Shown here in pieces: positions 36,854 through 47,142 of a DNA stretch of 64,000 bases. A model generated the notes under the pieces. The model searched no databases. It was not told the DNA's origin and saw only the letters and a program-made list of their open reading frames with translations. The stretch lies in the NCBI GenBank assembly GCA_963769425.1, contig CAVYLP010000006.1, positions 928,001-992,000 of the forward strand, in the 5' to 3' direction. How positions within the stretch are numbered: the first letter of the stretch is position 1; every line of letters begins with the position of its first letter. The DNA comes from Candidatus Bathyarchaeota archaeon. Its GTDB lineage: Archaea; Thermoproteota; Bathyarchaeia; TCS64. Both the position numbers and the translations under genes were made by a program.

Positions 36854-37357
36854 CTATCCGTTGAGGTAGACCCTCTCTATGCACATCTCCTCGGCGGACT
36901 GCCGGGTGAGGATGTTCTCCACCTTCAGCCGGTGGTCGAACTGGTTGAGCGTTGCCTGTAGGGCTGGGAGGGTGAGGTTGCTGCAGAGTCCCTTGAGGAA
37001 GATGCCGCAGTCGACGCCGACGTCGAGGAAAGCCTCGTGGAACGGGCACCTCCGGACAACGAAGGTGACACTGGAATCGTCCCTCCTGTGGATGCTGACT
37101 TCGGCTCCGGCGTCCGCCATAAAGCGGCGGTAGACCTCAGCCCCCGTTTCGAGGAGGGTGAGCCCCGAGGGCATCTCTCTTTTCATTTCCTTAGCAATGA
37201 TTACCCCCTGCTTCTCTGCGGCTTCTATGAGCTTGTCGAGACTCGGCTGCGTTCCGAGATCCTTGATTACCTCTATTATGTATAGGGTGAGTAGCGTGTA
37301 TCCCCGTCGGACGCCCAATGCTGACATGCTAATCTTTGCATCGATGCTCCGAAGCAT
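36854..37357 (-). CDS. V4R/ATC-hydrolase-like small ligand-binding protein
   Basis: VRRCPF..C..LC..C pattern. Confidence 0.6.
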   Translation of the reverse strand: MLRSIDAKISMSALGVRRGYTLLTLYIIEVIKDLGTQPSLDKLIEAAEKQGVIIAKEMKREMPSGLTLLETGAEVYRRFMADAGAEVSIHRRDDSSVTFVVRRCPFHEAFLDVGVDCGIFLKGLCSNLTLPALQATLNQFDHRLKVENILTRQSAEEMCIERVYLNG

Positions 37358-37471
37358 TAAACCTCACGTTTACGTGTCACGCCCTGTTTTCTTGCTTTGG
37401 TGAGATAGTCGATCCTCATCAAATTGAAGGACTCTGTTAATGAAAGTAGTTTCTAGTTGTCCGCTGATGTG

Positions 37472-37648
37472 TCAGAGGGGTACGGGGTCGCAGAGGTTCT
37501 TCTCGCTGGCAGCGGCCCTGCCGCAGACTCTGCAGAGGTACCGGGGGTTTCTGACGAGGCCCCTGTATTCTGCTAGATCCATGCCCTCAGCGACTAGGGT
37601 GCAGAGGTGTTTCTCGTGGTCGACATGTGGCTTCTCGTAGAGTGGCAA
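37472..37648 (-). CDS. 58-aa Cys/His small protein (absent from the ORF track)
   Basis: TTG start after GGTGA; MPLYEKPHVDHEKHLCTLVAEGMDLAEYRGLVRNPRYLCRVCGRAAASEKNLCDPVPL. Confidence 0.75.
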   Translation of the reverse strand: MPLYEKPHVDHEKHLCTLVAEGMDLAEYRGLVRNPRYLCRVCGRAAASEKNLCDPVPL

Positions 37649-37765
37649 AACTTCACCGTTTCGTGGTTGGGAGGGGCGGTTGATAAATCTTGATCAAGCA
37701 GGGTGAATAACTTTAACAGGTTTCTTAGGAAAATATCATATCCGGCGGAGGTTCCTTCATAAAAC

Positions 37766-38149
37766 GTGCCCGTCGTAAGTCTGAGCCTGAACAATCAGCT
37801 TCTGGAGGAGTTGGATAAACTTCAGGTTGATCTGGGTTACTCGGGGCGCTCCGAGGTGGTGAGGGCGGCTATACGGCTCTTCCTCATGGATGGCCACGAG
37901 AAGCAGCGTTTGGAGGGTAACGTAAACTGCCTACTGCTGGCCATCCACAGCCACGAGGCTGAGCACCACGTGACGCAAATCAAGGCGAAGTACCAAGACA
38001 TCATACATACGCAGCTTCACAACAGGTTCCGGGAGGGCAAATGCATGGAGCTGTTCATACTCGACGGGGACGCGGTGAGGGTGAAGGAACTCGCCGCGGA
38101 GCTCCAGAGGAACGAGGAGAACGAGTACGTCAAGTTCATAGTCATCTAA
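37766..38149 (+). CDS. NikR-like RHH regulator
   Basis: VVSLSL..LLEELD..GYSGRSEVVRAAIR followed by an ACT-like domain (TQLH..KCMELF). Confidence 0.85.
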   Translation: MPVVSLSLNNQLLEELDKLQVDLGYSGRSEVVRAAIRLFLMDGHEKQRLEGNVNCLLLAIHSHEAEHHVTQIKAKYQDIIHTQLHNRFREGKCMELFILDGDAVRVKELAAELQRNEENEYVKFIVI

Positions 38150-38190
38150 CCGCTCGTCTTATTATTCGGCGTCGCACCGGTTTCCATGCT

Positions 38191-38550
38191 ATGATCGAGA
38201 AGGTCAACCTGAACGATGTCGAGAAGAAGCCGCTGAACGAGATGCATGGGGAGAAGGTCCTCTACCAGCTCGTGTGGCGGTTCACGCCCAAGGCGGAGAT
38301 GCTGAAGGCCTTCAAGGGGGTCGCGAGGCTGACGGTGCCCGCGGGGGAGACGAACCTGATGCACAACCACCCGAAGGAGGAGCAGATCTACATAGTGGAG
38401 AGCGGGTCGGGCGTGATTCAGGTGGGGGAGGAGAGGGCGGACGTCGTCGCAGGCGACGTAGTCTACCTCCCCGCGAACGTGCCGCACGGCTTTTTCAACA
38501 CGGGCAAGAAACCCGCAGTCGTCCTGAACATAGGTGCGGGCGTTGCGTAG
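38191..38550 (+). CDS. Cupin domain protein
   Basis: HNHPKEEQIYIVESG..PANVPHG. Confidence 0.9.
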   Translation: MIEKVNLNDVEKKPLNEMHGEKVLYQLVWRFTPKAEMLKAFKGVARLTVPAGETNLMHNHPKEEQIYIVESGSGVIQVGEERADVVAGDVVYLPANVPHGFFNTGKKPAVVLNIGAGVA

Positions 38551-38587
38551 CTCGGCTTAAATCGGCCGTCGTGTTGGGTGTATCGAT

Positions 38588-39199
38588 ATGAGGTTCCTCG
38601 AAGCGACGGATGAGGCGATCAGGGCTGCGGGCTTTCTCATGAAGCAGGGGGGAGTCGTCGTCTACCCGACTGAGACCGTCTATGGGCTGGGTTGCGTGCC
38701 CTCGGACACGGACGCGTCGCAGAGGGTCTGCGAGATAAAGCAGCGCGCCGATAAGCCGCTGCCCCTCATTTGTGCTGACATCGCCGCGGCGAGGAAGATC
38801 GTCGAAATGGGCTCAGCGGCGGAGAAGCTTGCGGCGAGGTTCTGGCCGGGACCGCTGACGATGGTGCTGCCGGCGAGGGTGAAGTACAGTATGTGGGTCA
38901 ACCGCGGCGCCTCGACGCTAGGTGTCAGGGTGTCGCCTCACCCGGTGGCGAGTATGCTGGCGAAGGAGGCTGGGGGCGTGATCGTGAGTACTAGCGCGAA
39001 CATCTCGGGTGGTCAGCCCGCGATGTCGGCCTCGGAGGCGAGGGACATCTTCGGCAACAAGGTGGACATAATCCTCGACGGCGGGCGCTCGCAGGGGGAC
39101 GAGTCGTCGACGGTTGTTGACCTCACGGGCGAGGAGGTCTGGCTCCTCCGGAAGGGTCCAGTTAAGGGCGAGGATATAATGGCGGTCCTCAGGGGCTAG
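38588..39199 (+). CDS. tsaC: Threonylcarbamoyl-AMP synthase (single-domain TsaC/YrdC type)
   Basis: YPTETVYGLG, KQR..KPL, FWPGPLT, STSANISG and SSTVVD. Confidence 0.92.
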   Translation: MRFLEATDEAIRAAGFLMKQGGVVVYPTETVYGLGCVPSDTDASQRVCEIKQRADKPLPLICADIAAARKIVEMGSAAEKLAARFWPGPLTMVLPARVKYSMWVNRGASTLGVRVSPHPVASMLAKEAGGVIVSTSANISGGQPAMSASEARDIFGNKVDIILDGGRSQGDESSTVVDLTGEEVWLLRKGPVKGEDIMAVLRG

Positions 39200-40081
39200 A
39201 GTTTCCAGCCCTTTGGGACGAGCTTCGCTATGTTGACGTTCAGCGGGGCCTTGACGGCCCTGGCGACTGGTTCGCATTTTGTCCTGAAGACGTACATGAG
39301 GGGGCAGGGTGCTGGGACCTCGGTGAGGGTCTCCCAGTTGGCCATGCCCTTGGCGATTATGACGTCGGCGCCGTGGAAGCGTTTGTTGAACTCCTCGCTG
39401 GTTTCGGCGAGGTTGACTCCGATGGAGTCGGCTCCGGTTGTTATTACCTCGTCTGCCTCCTGTGTCATGCCGACTGCCTCGGCGTCCTCCATGAGGGCGT
39501 CGTTTAGGCTTGGGCCTGCCTTGACGGCGACGGTTACGTGTGCGCCTAGTCGGCGTAGCTCACGTACGACGAGTCTGTCGAAGGCGATCTCGCCCGCGTT
39601 GTCGGTGAGGAGGAGGGCATTGGTGCCCTGTTTGATGAGTCTTCGGAGCTTCTCGGAGTCGTCGATGCAGAAGGGTTCCTCGAGTCCCTTTAGGGCCTCC
39701 TCTATGTCGGGGCTGTGGCCGGGGACGTCGAACTCGATGACGTTGCCTATGCAGGCGACCTTGAGGGCGGCGTAGAGGCGCTTGGCCTGTGGGTGTTTGT
39801 CGACATACTCGATCATCCGGGGGAGTATCTGGATGGCTTGGGTGTTTGACTTGGTCTTAAGGTCGGCGTATGGGTCGACGCACCCGGTGGCGTCCTTTAT
39901 GACTCGGCATCTCTCGGCACCGATGTAGCTGGGGACGGCGTCTGGGTGGTAGCGTTCACCGAGCATGTTGAGCAGACCGGTCATGGCCTCGACGCGCTTT
40001 AGCCTCGTCTGTGGTTGAGCGTTGTATTATCTTGTGTCCGCGGTGCATTATGCAGTAGCCGCACTCTGAGCCGACCTTCAT
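39196..40081 (-). CDS. DUF89/ARMT1-like damage-control phosphatase (+1 frameshift near 39999)
   Basis: N-terminal MKVGSECGYC in an offset frame; DPY..K, GNVIEF, DNAGEIAFD, NDA and AKGMANWETL. Confidence 0.88.
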
Positions 40082-40209
40082 GGTGTATCATGGGTGGGGT
40101 TTCTTGGTCGCATATATGGTTTCGGTGCGCGTTACTGAAATGTGGGCTATTTGGTGTTAGAGATATGCTTTTCAGGGTGGCACGTGTAACCCTCCCAGCG
40201 GTGACAGAT

Positions 40210-40782
40210 TTGGCGAGGGAGTTCAACATCCTGGCGACTACGGAGAGGATCAGCGAGAGCAGGGCGGGCAGCGAGCTTTGGATGCTGCTGCGCGCCGCGG
40301 GTGACGAGGCTCCAGTCGTCGAGAGGATGGGCATCTGGGGCATAATCGTCGCCAAGACTAGCCTGAACCCAGCCGAGGCCGTCACCAAGATGAGGGAGGA
40401 GTTCATGAAGAAACCCGACGGCATACAGGCACTCTTCCGCGTCATCCCCATACAGCGCCTCGTTCCCACAACCCTCGAAGAGATAGTCAAGGCCACAACG
40501 GAGCTATCAGCCGCTATAGGTCCCGATGAGACCTACCGCATCACCGTCGAGAAGAGGAGGACCCGCCTCGGTAGCCACGAGATAATAGACGCTGTCGCCG
40601 ACAAGATAGAGCGCAAGGTCAACCTCGACAACCCCGACTGGTTCATACTCGTCGAGACCGCGGGCAAGCAGACGGGCGTCTCCGTCGTCCGCCCCACCAA
40701 CATGCTCAACGTCCAGAAGGAGCGTGTCCGCCTATCGGCGGAGGCTAAGAAGCGAGCCGCGCTCGACGATAAGCTCGCCTAG
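40210..40782 (+). CDS. THUMP domain protein
   Basis: TTG start after GGTGA; RVIPIQ, TYRITVEKR and KVNLDNPD..ILVE. Confidence 0.88.
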   Translation: MAREFNILATTERISESRAGSELWMLLRAAGDEAPVVERMGIWGIIVAKTSLNPAEAVTKMREEFMKKPDGIQALFRVIPIQRLVPTTLEEIVKATTELSAAIGPDETYRITVEKRRTRLGSHEIIDAVADKIERKVNLDNPDWFILVETAGKQTGVSVVRPTNMLNVQKERVRLSAEAKKRAALDDKLA

Positions 40783-41283
40783 GGCACCCGCGCCACCAGC
40801 GGCTTCAATCTCCTCATCACCGATGCCATAAGCTTCTCTCAGTATCTTCGCCTTCTCGGAGTCGATCTCAAGGACGCTGTCATCCTCCTTCCCGAGGAGT
40901 TTCGCGACCTTACTATATGCCTCCCCGGCCTCCTTTTGGCCGTGGGCGAAGACCATGAGGGCGATCTTCTTCGTGCCCGCGTTGACCCCCATTCGAGCGA
41001 GGGCCTTCGTGATCTGGTCCTGAGCCGAGGCGTAGAGAAGGGCCTCGACCGTTATGCTCTTCGAGACGGCGAGTCCCGTCTCAGTAGATCTCGCCGCGTT
41101 CACCGCAGCCATGTAGAGGTGGTCCCTGCCCGCTACCCTGCCAGCGTCCACTATCTGCGCGAGCTGGGGCGAGGCGGCGTCCCCCACGGCCTTGACTAAG
41201 GCACGTGGGTCAGCGACACTAGATACTTTAAAACCGCCTATGGCGACGAACCAGTCCGACCCCTTTATCCCCGAGACCCACAC
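40732..41283 (-). CDS. cgi121: KEOPS complex subunit Cgi121
   Basis: QIVDA..HL..A and EALLYASAQDQITKAL..GV. Confidence 0.85.
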   Translation of the reverse strand: MWVSGIKGSDWFVAIGGFKVSSVADPRALVKAVGDAASPQLAQIVDAGRVAGRDHLYMAAVNAARSTETGLAVSKSITVEALLYASAQDQITKALARMGVNAGTKKIALMVFAHGQKEAGEAYSKVAKLLGKEDDSVLEIDSEKAKILREAYGIGDEEIEAAGGAGALGELIVERGSLLSLRR

Positions 41284-41330
41284 GGCGAACCCCTACGGGG
41301 AAGGACTAGACGCGGGGCGAGTTAAAGCCG

Positions 41331-42434
41331 TTATTCCCGCGCCAGCACCGAGAGGAGCCTGTCGATCTCCTCCTCCGTGTTGTAGAAGTCGATGGCTACC
41401 CTGATCCCCGCGGGGCGAAGGCTCAGGTAGAAGCCCCTCTCCTTCAGAAGCTTGAACGTCGCCTCCGGGTCCTTCGTGGTGAAGCTGACGACCCCCGACC
41501 TCATCTCCTTCTCCTTCGGGGAGACTATCGTGACCCCGAGATGCTCCAGCCCATCATAGAACCGCTGGGCCAGCTTCAGTACCCGCGCCTCTATCGCCGG
41601 CGGCCCAAGATCAAGCAACATCTTGATCGCCGCCATAGTCCCAACCGTGCTTAGATAGCTCGGCTCCCCCAACTCGTACTTCTTCGCGCTGTCCTTGAGC
41701 CGCGGCCTCTCCATGTCGTGCTCCTCCACCGAGCGGTACCCGAACTGAACCGGCTCAATCTCGGGGATCAGTTCCCCGCGGACGTAGAGAAAGCCCGCCC
41801 CACTGCAGCCGACGAGCCACTTGTACCCACCGCACGCGTAGAAGTCAACCCCGCTCCTCTTCACGTCCACCTTCAGGGCACCCGCGGCCTGTATCCCGTC
41901 CACGACGAGGTAGGCCCCGTGCTCGTGGGCTATCTCCGCCATGGCGCGTATGTCGTGGCGCACCCCTGTGAGCCATTCGACGTGGCTGATGGCGATCGCC
42001 TTCGTCTTGTCGTCAACCGCCTTCCCAAGGTCGTCCAGCTGGACGGCTCCCCCCCTCCCCCTGATGACGCGTACCTCGACCCCCTTCGGTTTCTGCGCTA
42101 TCCACGGGTAGAGGTTCGCGGGGTTCTCGAGATCGTTGACGACGACGTTGTCCCCCTCCTCGAAGCGAAGCGCCTCCGCCACGGTTGCCAGCCCCGAGGA
42201 GGTGTTGGGCTGGCTGCACGCCTCCTCAGGGGTGCAACCCACGAGCTTCGCCCAGGAAGCCACCGCTTCCTCGGTCCTCGCGTCTCCCCTCCTGTCGAGT
42301 CTGTCCCAGTCGAGCAGGTAGCCCCTGATTGCTTCCTGAACTGGCACACACGGCGGGCTGTGGTTCGCGATGTCTAGGAAAGTCGTCGTCTTCGTAACGG
42401 GGAAGAACTCCTCCCTGATCTTCTCGACGTTCAT
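41331..42434 (-). CDS. Class V PLP-dependent aminotransferase / cysteine desulfurase-like
   Basis: NTSSGL, VDGIQAAG, GGYKWL and FYNTEEEID. Confidence 0.9.
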   Translation of the reverse strand: MNVEKIREEFFPVTKTTTFLDIANHSPPCVPVQEAIRGYLLDWDRLDRRGDARTEEAVASWAKLVGCTPEEACSQPNTSSGLATVAEALRFEEGDNVVVNDLENPANLYPWIAQKPKGVEVRVIRGRGGAVQLDDLGKAVDDKTKAIAISHVEWLTGVRHDIRAMAEIAHEHGAYLVVDGIQAAGALKVDVKRSGVDFYACGGYKWLVGCSGAGFLYVRGELIPEIEPVQFGYRSVEEHDMERPRLKDSAKKYELGEPSYLSTVGTMAAIKMLLDLGPPAIEARVLKLAQRFYDGLEHLGVTIVSPKEKEMRSGVVSFTTKDPEATFKLLKERGFYLSLRPAGIRVAIDFYNTEEEIDRLLSVLARE

Positions 42435-42558
42435 GGTGGAATCTCCCCGCCATCAGCGTTAAAGAGTTGGCCCCATATCCACCCACCACCCCCACACGGC
42501 AAAACACGGAACCCTTTTACAGCCCGGATACTCAAGAAGGCAACAGAAAGGGATACAC

Positions 42559-43005
42559 ATGGCAGCCTTCGACAATGAAGAAGAAGCGGGGCCGATGAAG
42601 ATCGGAGACCTCAACCAATACTCGCGCCAGATCAACGTAGTCGTCAAGGTCATCAGCAAGACCGACGTACGCGAGGTAGTAACCAGAAACGATGAGACCC
42701 AGCACAAGGTCTGCGAGGCACTAGTCGCCGACGACACCGGCGCTATATACCTCACCCTCTGGGACGACGCCGTCGAAAAGGTCCAGGAGGACCAGATACT
42801 CTCCGTCAAAAACGCTTACATGAACACCTTCAAGGGAAGCATGAGGATGAACATCGGCAGATACGGCAGCTACGACGTCCTCGAGGAGGCCCCTTGGGAG
42901 GAGATCAACCTCGAGAATAACTTGTCCGCCAAGCAGGTCGAGTACGATGGCGGCAACAGGGGCGGGAGCTTCGGCGGGCGCCCCAACGGCGGTCGCAGGT
43001 ACTAA
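42559..43005 (+). CDS. ssb: Single-stranded DNA-binding protein (single OB fold, crenarchaeal type)
   Basis: KIGDL, VADDTG.I.LTLWD, NAY..F.G and NIGRYG; Gly/Arg-rich tail. Confidence 0.85.
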   Translation: MAAFDNEEEAGPMKIGDLNQYSRQINVVVKVISKTDVREVVTRNDETQHKVCEALVADDTGAIYLTLWDDAVEKVQEDQILSVKNAYMNTFKGSMRMNIGRYGSYDVLEEAPWEEINLENNLSAKQVEYDGGNRGGSFGGRPNGGRRY

Positions 43006-43044
43006 GCCCAACCTATTTATTTTAACCAGCACCTTTCTCCAGCT

Positions 43045-43539
43045 ATGTCTGAGATAGTGATACTCGAAACCACAAAGGGCAACATAGAGATCGAGCTCAA
43101 CAGGGACAAAGCCCCCGTCACCGTCGACAACTTCGTGAAGTACGTGAAGGAGGGCTTCTTCGACGGCACCATCTTCCACCGAGTCATCCCCGGCTTCATG
43201 ATCCAAGGCGGAGGCTTCACCCCCGATGGCCAGCAGAAGAGGACCCACCAGCCCATACGCCTCGAGTCCAAAAACGGCCTCAAGAACACCAAGGGCACAA
43301 TCGCCATGGCCCGCACGAACGACCCCGACTCCGCCACAAGCCAGTTCTTCATAAACCTCATAGACAACAGCTTCCTAAACGCGTCCCTGGGCAGCCAGGG
43401 CTACGCCGTCTTCGGAGTCGTTACAGTTGGCATGGAGACCGTCGACGCCATCGCAACCGCCAAGACCGCCACACGCGGCCCACACGGCGACTGGCCAAAG
43501 GAAGACATCGCCATCAAGCGCGCCTTCATGAAGGCGTGA
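43045..43539 (+). CDS. Cyclophilin-type peptidyl-prolyl isomerase
   Basis: FHRVIPGFMIQGGG, AMART..DSATSQFFIN and YAVFG. Confidence 0.97.
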   Translation: MSEIVILETTKGNIEIELNRDKAPVTVDNFVKYVKEGFFDGTIFHRVIPGFMIQGGGFTPDGQQKRTHQPIRLESKNGLKNTKGTIAMARTNDPDSATSQFFINLIDNSFLNASLGSQGYAVFGVVTVGMETVDAIATAKTATRGPHGDWPKEDIAIKRAFMKA

Positions 43540-43580
43540 ATCACTTTTAAGCGGACACCTGCCCCATTCTACCGATACAC

Positions 43581-44486
43581 ATGGTCGAGAACCTACACGT
43601 AGCCATCGATAAATTCCCTTACAACGGCCAGTTCGGCCTCAAGGAGATAGGCATACAGGCCGACGCCATAGAGCAGGGCGGGCTACCCGATCTTCTAAAG
43701 AAGAAGGGCTGCACCGTCGCCGAGGCATTCAACACGAAGCTCACACCCGACGAGGAGAAGCAGTACGGTGAGATGCGCCGTATGGGCCTCGCCAGCAAGC
43801 ACCTCGCCGACGCTGTCTCTGCCCAACTCAAGGCGGGGATGCTCCCCCTAGGCCTCCTCCAGAACTGCAACGGTCTCATGGGCATGCTCGCCGGACTCCA
43901 GCACAGCGAGGGCTGGAAGCCCATCAAGGTCGGCCTCGTCTACATAGACGCACACGGCGACTTCAACACCCCCGAGACCACCTACAGCGGCATGCTCGGA
44001 GGCATGCCAGTCGCCATAAGCTGCGGCCTCTGCCACGACATGCTCCGCCGCACATGCGGCCTCGACCCCGCTCTACCCACCAAGTACGTCACGATGGTCG
44101 GCGTACGCGACACCGACCCCTACGAACAGGAGTCCATAGACCGCTACGACATCGCCCAGATCACAGTCGACGACCTACGCAGCAGCAGCCCAGCCGTCGA
44201 CATGGAGATGGAGCGCCTAAGCACCCTCTGCGACAAGATATACGTGCACGTCGACATGGACGTCCTCGACCCGGTCGACATCCCCGGCGCAGGTCTGCCT
44301 GTTGCTAACGGCCCGACGGCGAAGGAGCTGGCGGACGCTATTGAGGTCATGTTCGAGTACCCCAAGGCATGCGCCTTCGGCGTAGCCAGCTACCCAGCCG
44401 CCCGCGACACGGAGAAGAAGGGGCTAAAATCCGTTTACGCCCTCATCGAGGGCGCGATAAAAGGGGCACAGAACCGGGTCGACTAG
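43581..44486 (+). CDS. Arginase/ureohydrolase family protein
   Basis: DAHGDFN, GMPVA, GVRD and HVDMDVLD. Confidence 0.9.
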   Translation: MVENLHVAIDKFPYNGQFGLKEIGIQADAIEQGGLPDLLKKKGCTVAEAFNTKLTPDEEKQYGEMRRMGLASKHLADAVSAQLKAGMLPLGLLQNCNGLMGMLAGLQHSEGWKPIKVGLVYIDAHGDFNTPETTYSGMLGGMPVAISCGLCHDMLRRTCGLDPALPTKYVTMVGVRDTDPYEQESIDRYDIAQITVDDLRSSSPAVDMEMERLSTLCDKIYVHVDMDVLDPVDIPGAGLPVANGPTAKELADAIEVMFEYPKACAFGVASYPAARDTEKKGLKSVYALIEGAIKGAQNRVD

Positions 44487-45767
44487 ACCACTAGGGTCTC
44501 CCGCTCGACCCGCCTCTTCCCCGACGCTCGAGGTCGCTGCACTTGAAGCCACGGCCGCCAAAGAGGGTCGCGTACTCCTTCTCCTCGTTCACCGCGTCGA
44601 CTATGCGGCCGAGGGCGTCGCTCTTCATGATGCCGCTGCCGCTCGCGGCGCCGACGTAGATGATGCCCGGCCCCGCCTCGACCACCGGCGTCTGGTCGAA
44701 GCCGTTTATCGCGTACTGTCCCGCCCAGCTGTTCGCGGGGCGCACGTCCTCGAAGCAGGGCAGGTACTGGACAAGGGCGTGGTAGATGTTGTTGCTGTAG
44801 TAGTCGTCCTCAGGCTTCGGGTCGTCCTCCAGCTCGAACTTGCGCCCGAGGTTGTCGGCACAGGCGAGCCAGATACTCTCCTCCGAGACCTCCGCCCTTC
44901 AGTAGTATCCCCGCCGTCGGCAGTATCGTGACTGGGAGCTTGTTGTCCTCGTTGAAGTCCTTCGTGTTCAGGAGCCTGCGTGAGCTTCGGGTCCTTGAAT
45001 GCGAATATCTGCCTCTTCTTCGGCCTCATCAGGCAGTCGAAGCCTATGGGGTCGAGGACCTTGCCCGCCCAGGTGCCGCATGCGACGACGGTCGTCTCCG
45101 CGAGAATCCGCCCCTTGGACGTGTCCGCACCGGCGATGCGGCTCTCCTGCCAGACGAAGGGCTCACCGGGTATACCGAGGGGCTCAACGGGGTCGTGGAG
45201 CAGCTTCGTCGCCTCTGTGTTGTAGTGTATCTCGCCGCCGATCTTCAGGAACTCCGCCTCATAAGCCTTGACGAGCCTGTCCACGTCGACGCTCCCGCAG
45301 TTCGGGCCGAAGACACCCATCTCGACGTCCTCCAGCCCCATCATCTGGGAGTCCTCGCTGTCGTCGAACTCGGTGACGAGGTCGGGCATCATCTGCTTCA
45401 GTTCCTCGCTGCTGTACTCTAGTACGCGTGCCCCCCTCTTCTTGGCGACGTCGAAGGGTTCGCGGCGCTGCCTATACTCGTCCTCGGGCAGGAGCCAGAG
45501 GTAGCCGAGCTCGTGCAGCCCTATGTCGTACTCTAGGTCCTCCTGCAGGTGGTGGAACCAGTCTATGGTCGAGTCCGCGAGGAGATAGTTTGTCTCGCTC
45601 GCGAAGAGGTTACGGTACCCCCCCTCGCTCTTCGCGCTGTTGCCCTGGCCGGGGCCGCTCAGCTTCTCGACGACTATGACCTTGCGCGAGGGGTCGCGCT
45701 TCTTCAGGTAGTATGCGGAGCTCAGTCCCAGGACTCCGGCGCCGACGACGAGGACGTCAGTCTCCAA
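44483..45767 (-). CDS. FAD-dependent amino-acid oxidoreductase (DAO/sarcosine oxidase beta-like), multiple frameshifts
   Basis: TTG start, GAGVLG and NSAKS; frameshifts at ~44980, ~44896 and ~44520 restore PANSWAGQY, SGSGIMK and a RRVERETLVV C-terminus. Confidence 0.8.
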
Positions 45768-45908
45768 AGCTCTCTTCGATAAGCGTGTCGGCTGGATGAA
45801 TAATAGACTATCCCCGAGGGGACTCGCGTCAAAATTCATTTCATCTACGTTGAGATTGTCGCAGGTGGCGCGATAACGTAATATCCCCTCCGTGGAGTAC
45901 ACCCCGAC

Positions 45909-46832
45909 ATGTCCGCGAAGGCAGCGAAGGAAGAGAACGTGATAGTCCCGAAGGGTTGGTGGGAGAGCCTCCCACGCAAGGTCTACTCCAAGCTTGAGAG
46001 GGTGAAGACGAGCCAGCCGTGGTTCGAGGTCTACAGGCTCAACCCGAAGACCTACGCTATCTACGAGCCCTACCAGTTCGAGGAGACGCTCAGCTACCTC
46101 GTCGAGGGCGACAAGAAGGCGATCCTCATCGACACCGGCGACGGCATCGGCGACATAAAGAAGCTCGCGGAGGAGCTGACGAAGATGCCCTTCTGGGTGG
46201 TTAACACCCACACGCACGTCGACCACGTGGCCCAGGACTACATGTTCAAGGAGGTCTGGTGCTACGACGGCCCTATGGCGCACGAAACGGAGAAGACGGG
46301 GTACCCGAACAGCAAGACGGCGCCCATGGTGGGCCCTGGGATGACGTGGAAGCCGCTCCCCAAGGGCTTCGACGCCAAGAAGTGGGTCGTGCCCCCCTAC
46401 AAGGTGACTCACTGGATGAAGGATGGCGAGGTCATCGACCTCGGCGGCAGGAAGCTCGAGGTCATCTACACACCTGGTCACAGCAACGACCACGCTGCGC
46501 TCCTCGACAGGAAGAACCGCTGGCTCTGGACGGGCGACATCTTCTACACCGGCGGCATCTACACCTACCTCCCCGGCGGCGACCTCGACCAGTTTATAAA
46601 GAGCTACGAGAGGATGATCAAGCTCTTCCCCGAGTACGACTCCCTGATGCCTAGCCACAACGAGCCGATGGTGCCGAAGGAGGTTCTAGCCACGGTGCTT
46701 GAGAAGGCGAAGCTGATCCGCGCCGATAAGGAGAAGAAGTACACCGAGGGTATGGATGGCAAGGAGAAGATAAGGCGCTACCAGTATGACAACTTCGCCA
46801 TCATCTGCTTCGAGAAGCAGATCAAGGGCTAA
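45909..46832 (+). CDS. MBL-fold hydrolase
   Basis: THTHVDHV, TPGHS, TGD and PSHN. Confidence 0.92.
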   Translation: MSAKAAKEENVIVPKGWWESLPRKVYSKLERVKTSQPWFEVYRLNPKTYAIYEPYQFEETLSYLVEGDKKAILIDTGDGIGDIKKLAEELTKMPFWVVNTHTHVDHVAQDYMFKEVWCYDGPMAHETEKTGYPNSKTAPMVGPGMTWKPLPKGFDAKKWVVPPYKVTHWMKDGEVIDLGGRKLEVIYTPGHSNDHAALLDRKNRWLWTGDIFYTGGIYTYLPGGDLDQFIKSYERMIKLFPEYDSLMPSHNEPMVPKEVLATVLEKAKLIRADKEKKYTEGMDGKEKIRRYQYDNFAIICFEKQIKG

Positions 46833-47142
46833 GCTTGTAGGTACGCCTTGTAATATCGCGACTAGCGATTTTGAAGGAGCTATTCCCCCCTTCTTAATTA
46901 GCATATTCTACAGGTACGAATAGCTAAGCTATCAGATAGTTGAGGATATTTGCCCGCTGACGACCTTCTCCTTAGGCGAAAACAAGTTACTAAATATTAA
47001 GACAGTCTCCGAAGGTTATATCAATATCAGAGGCGGATTCAAGTGTTATTATCAATTATTGAGTTTGTATGAAGGATTCAGTATGGTCATCTTCTACCTG
47101 AGCCCGATAGGATAATATCACTCGAGCCACTGTTATCGCGCC

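Noticed and set aside
26206-45767. Programmed frameshifting or true pseudogenes in the CBS (~26564), DUF89 (~39999) and FAD oxidoreductase (~44520, 44896, 44980) genes
   Set aside because: Single-base indels mostly in 3-4 nt homopolymers, no slippery heptamers, and otherwise intact genes; long-read errors are the simplest explanation.
44706-46658. 650-aa ORF as a single fusion protein
   Set aside because: Its first ~297 codons are mostly the antisense shadow of the MBL gene; the real gene starts at TTG 45767.
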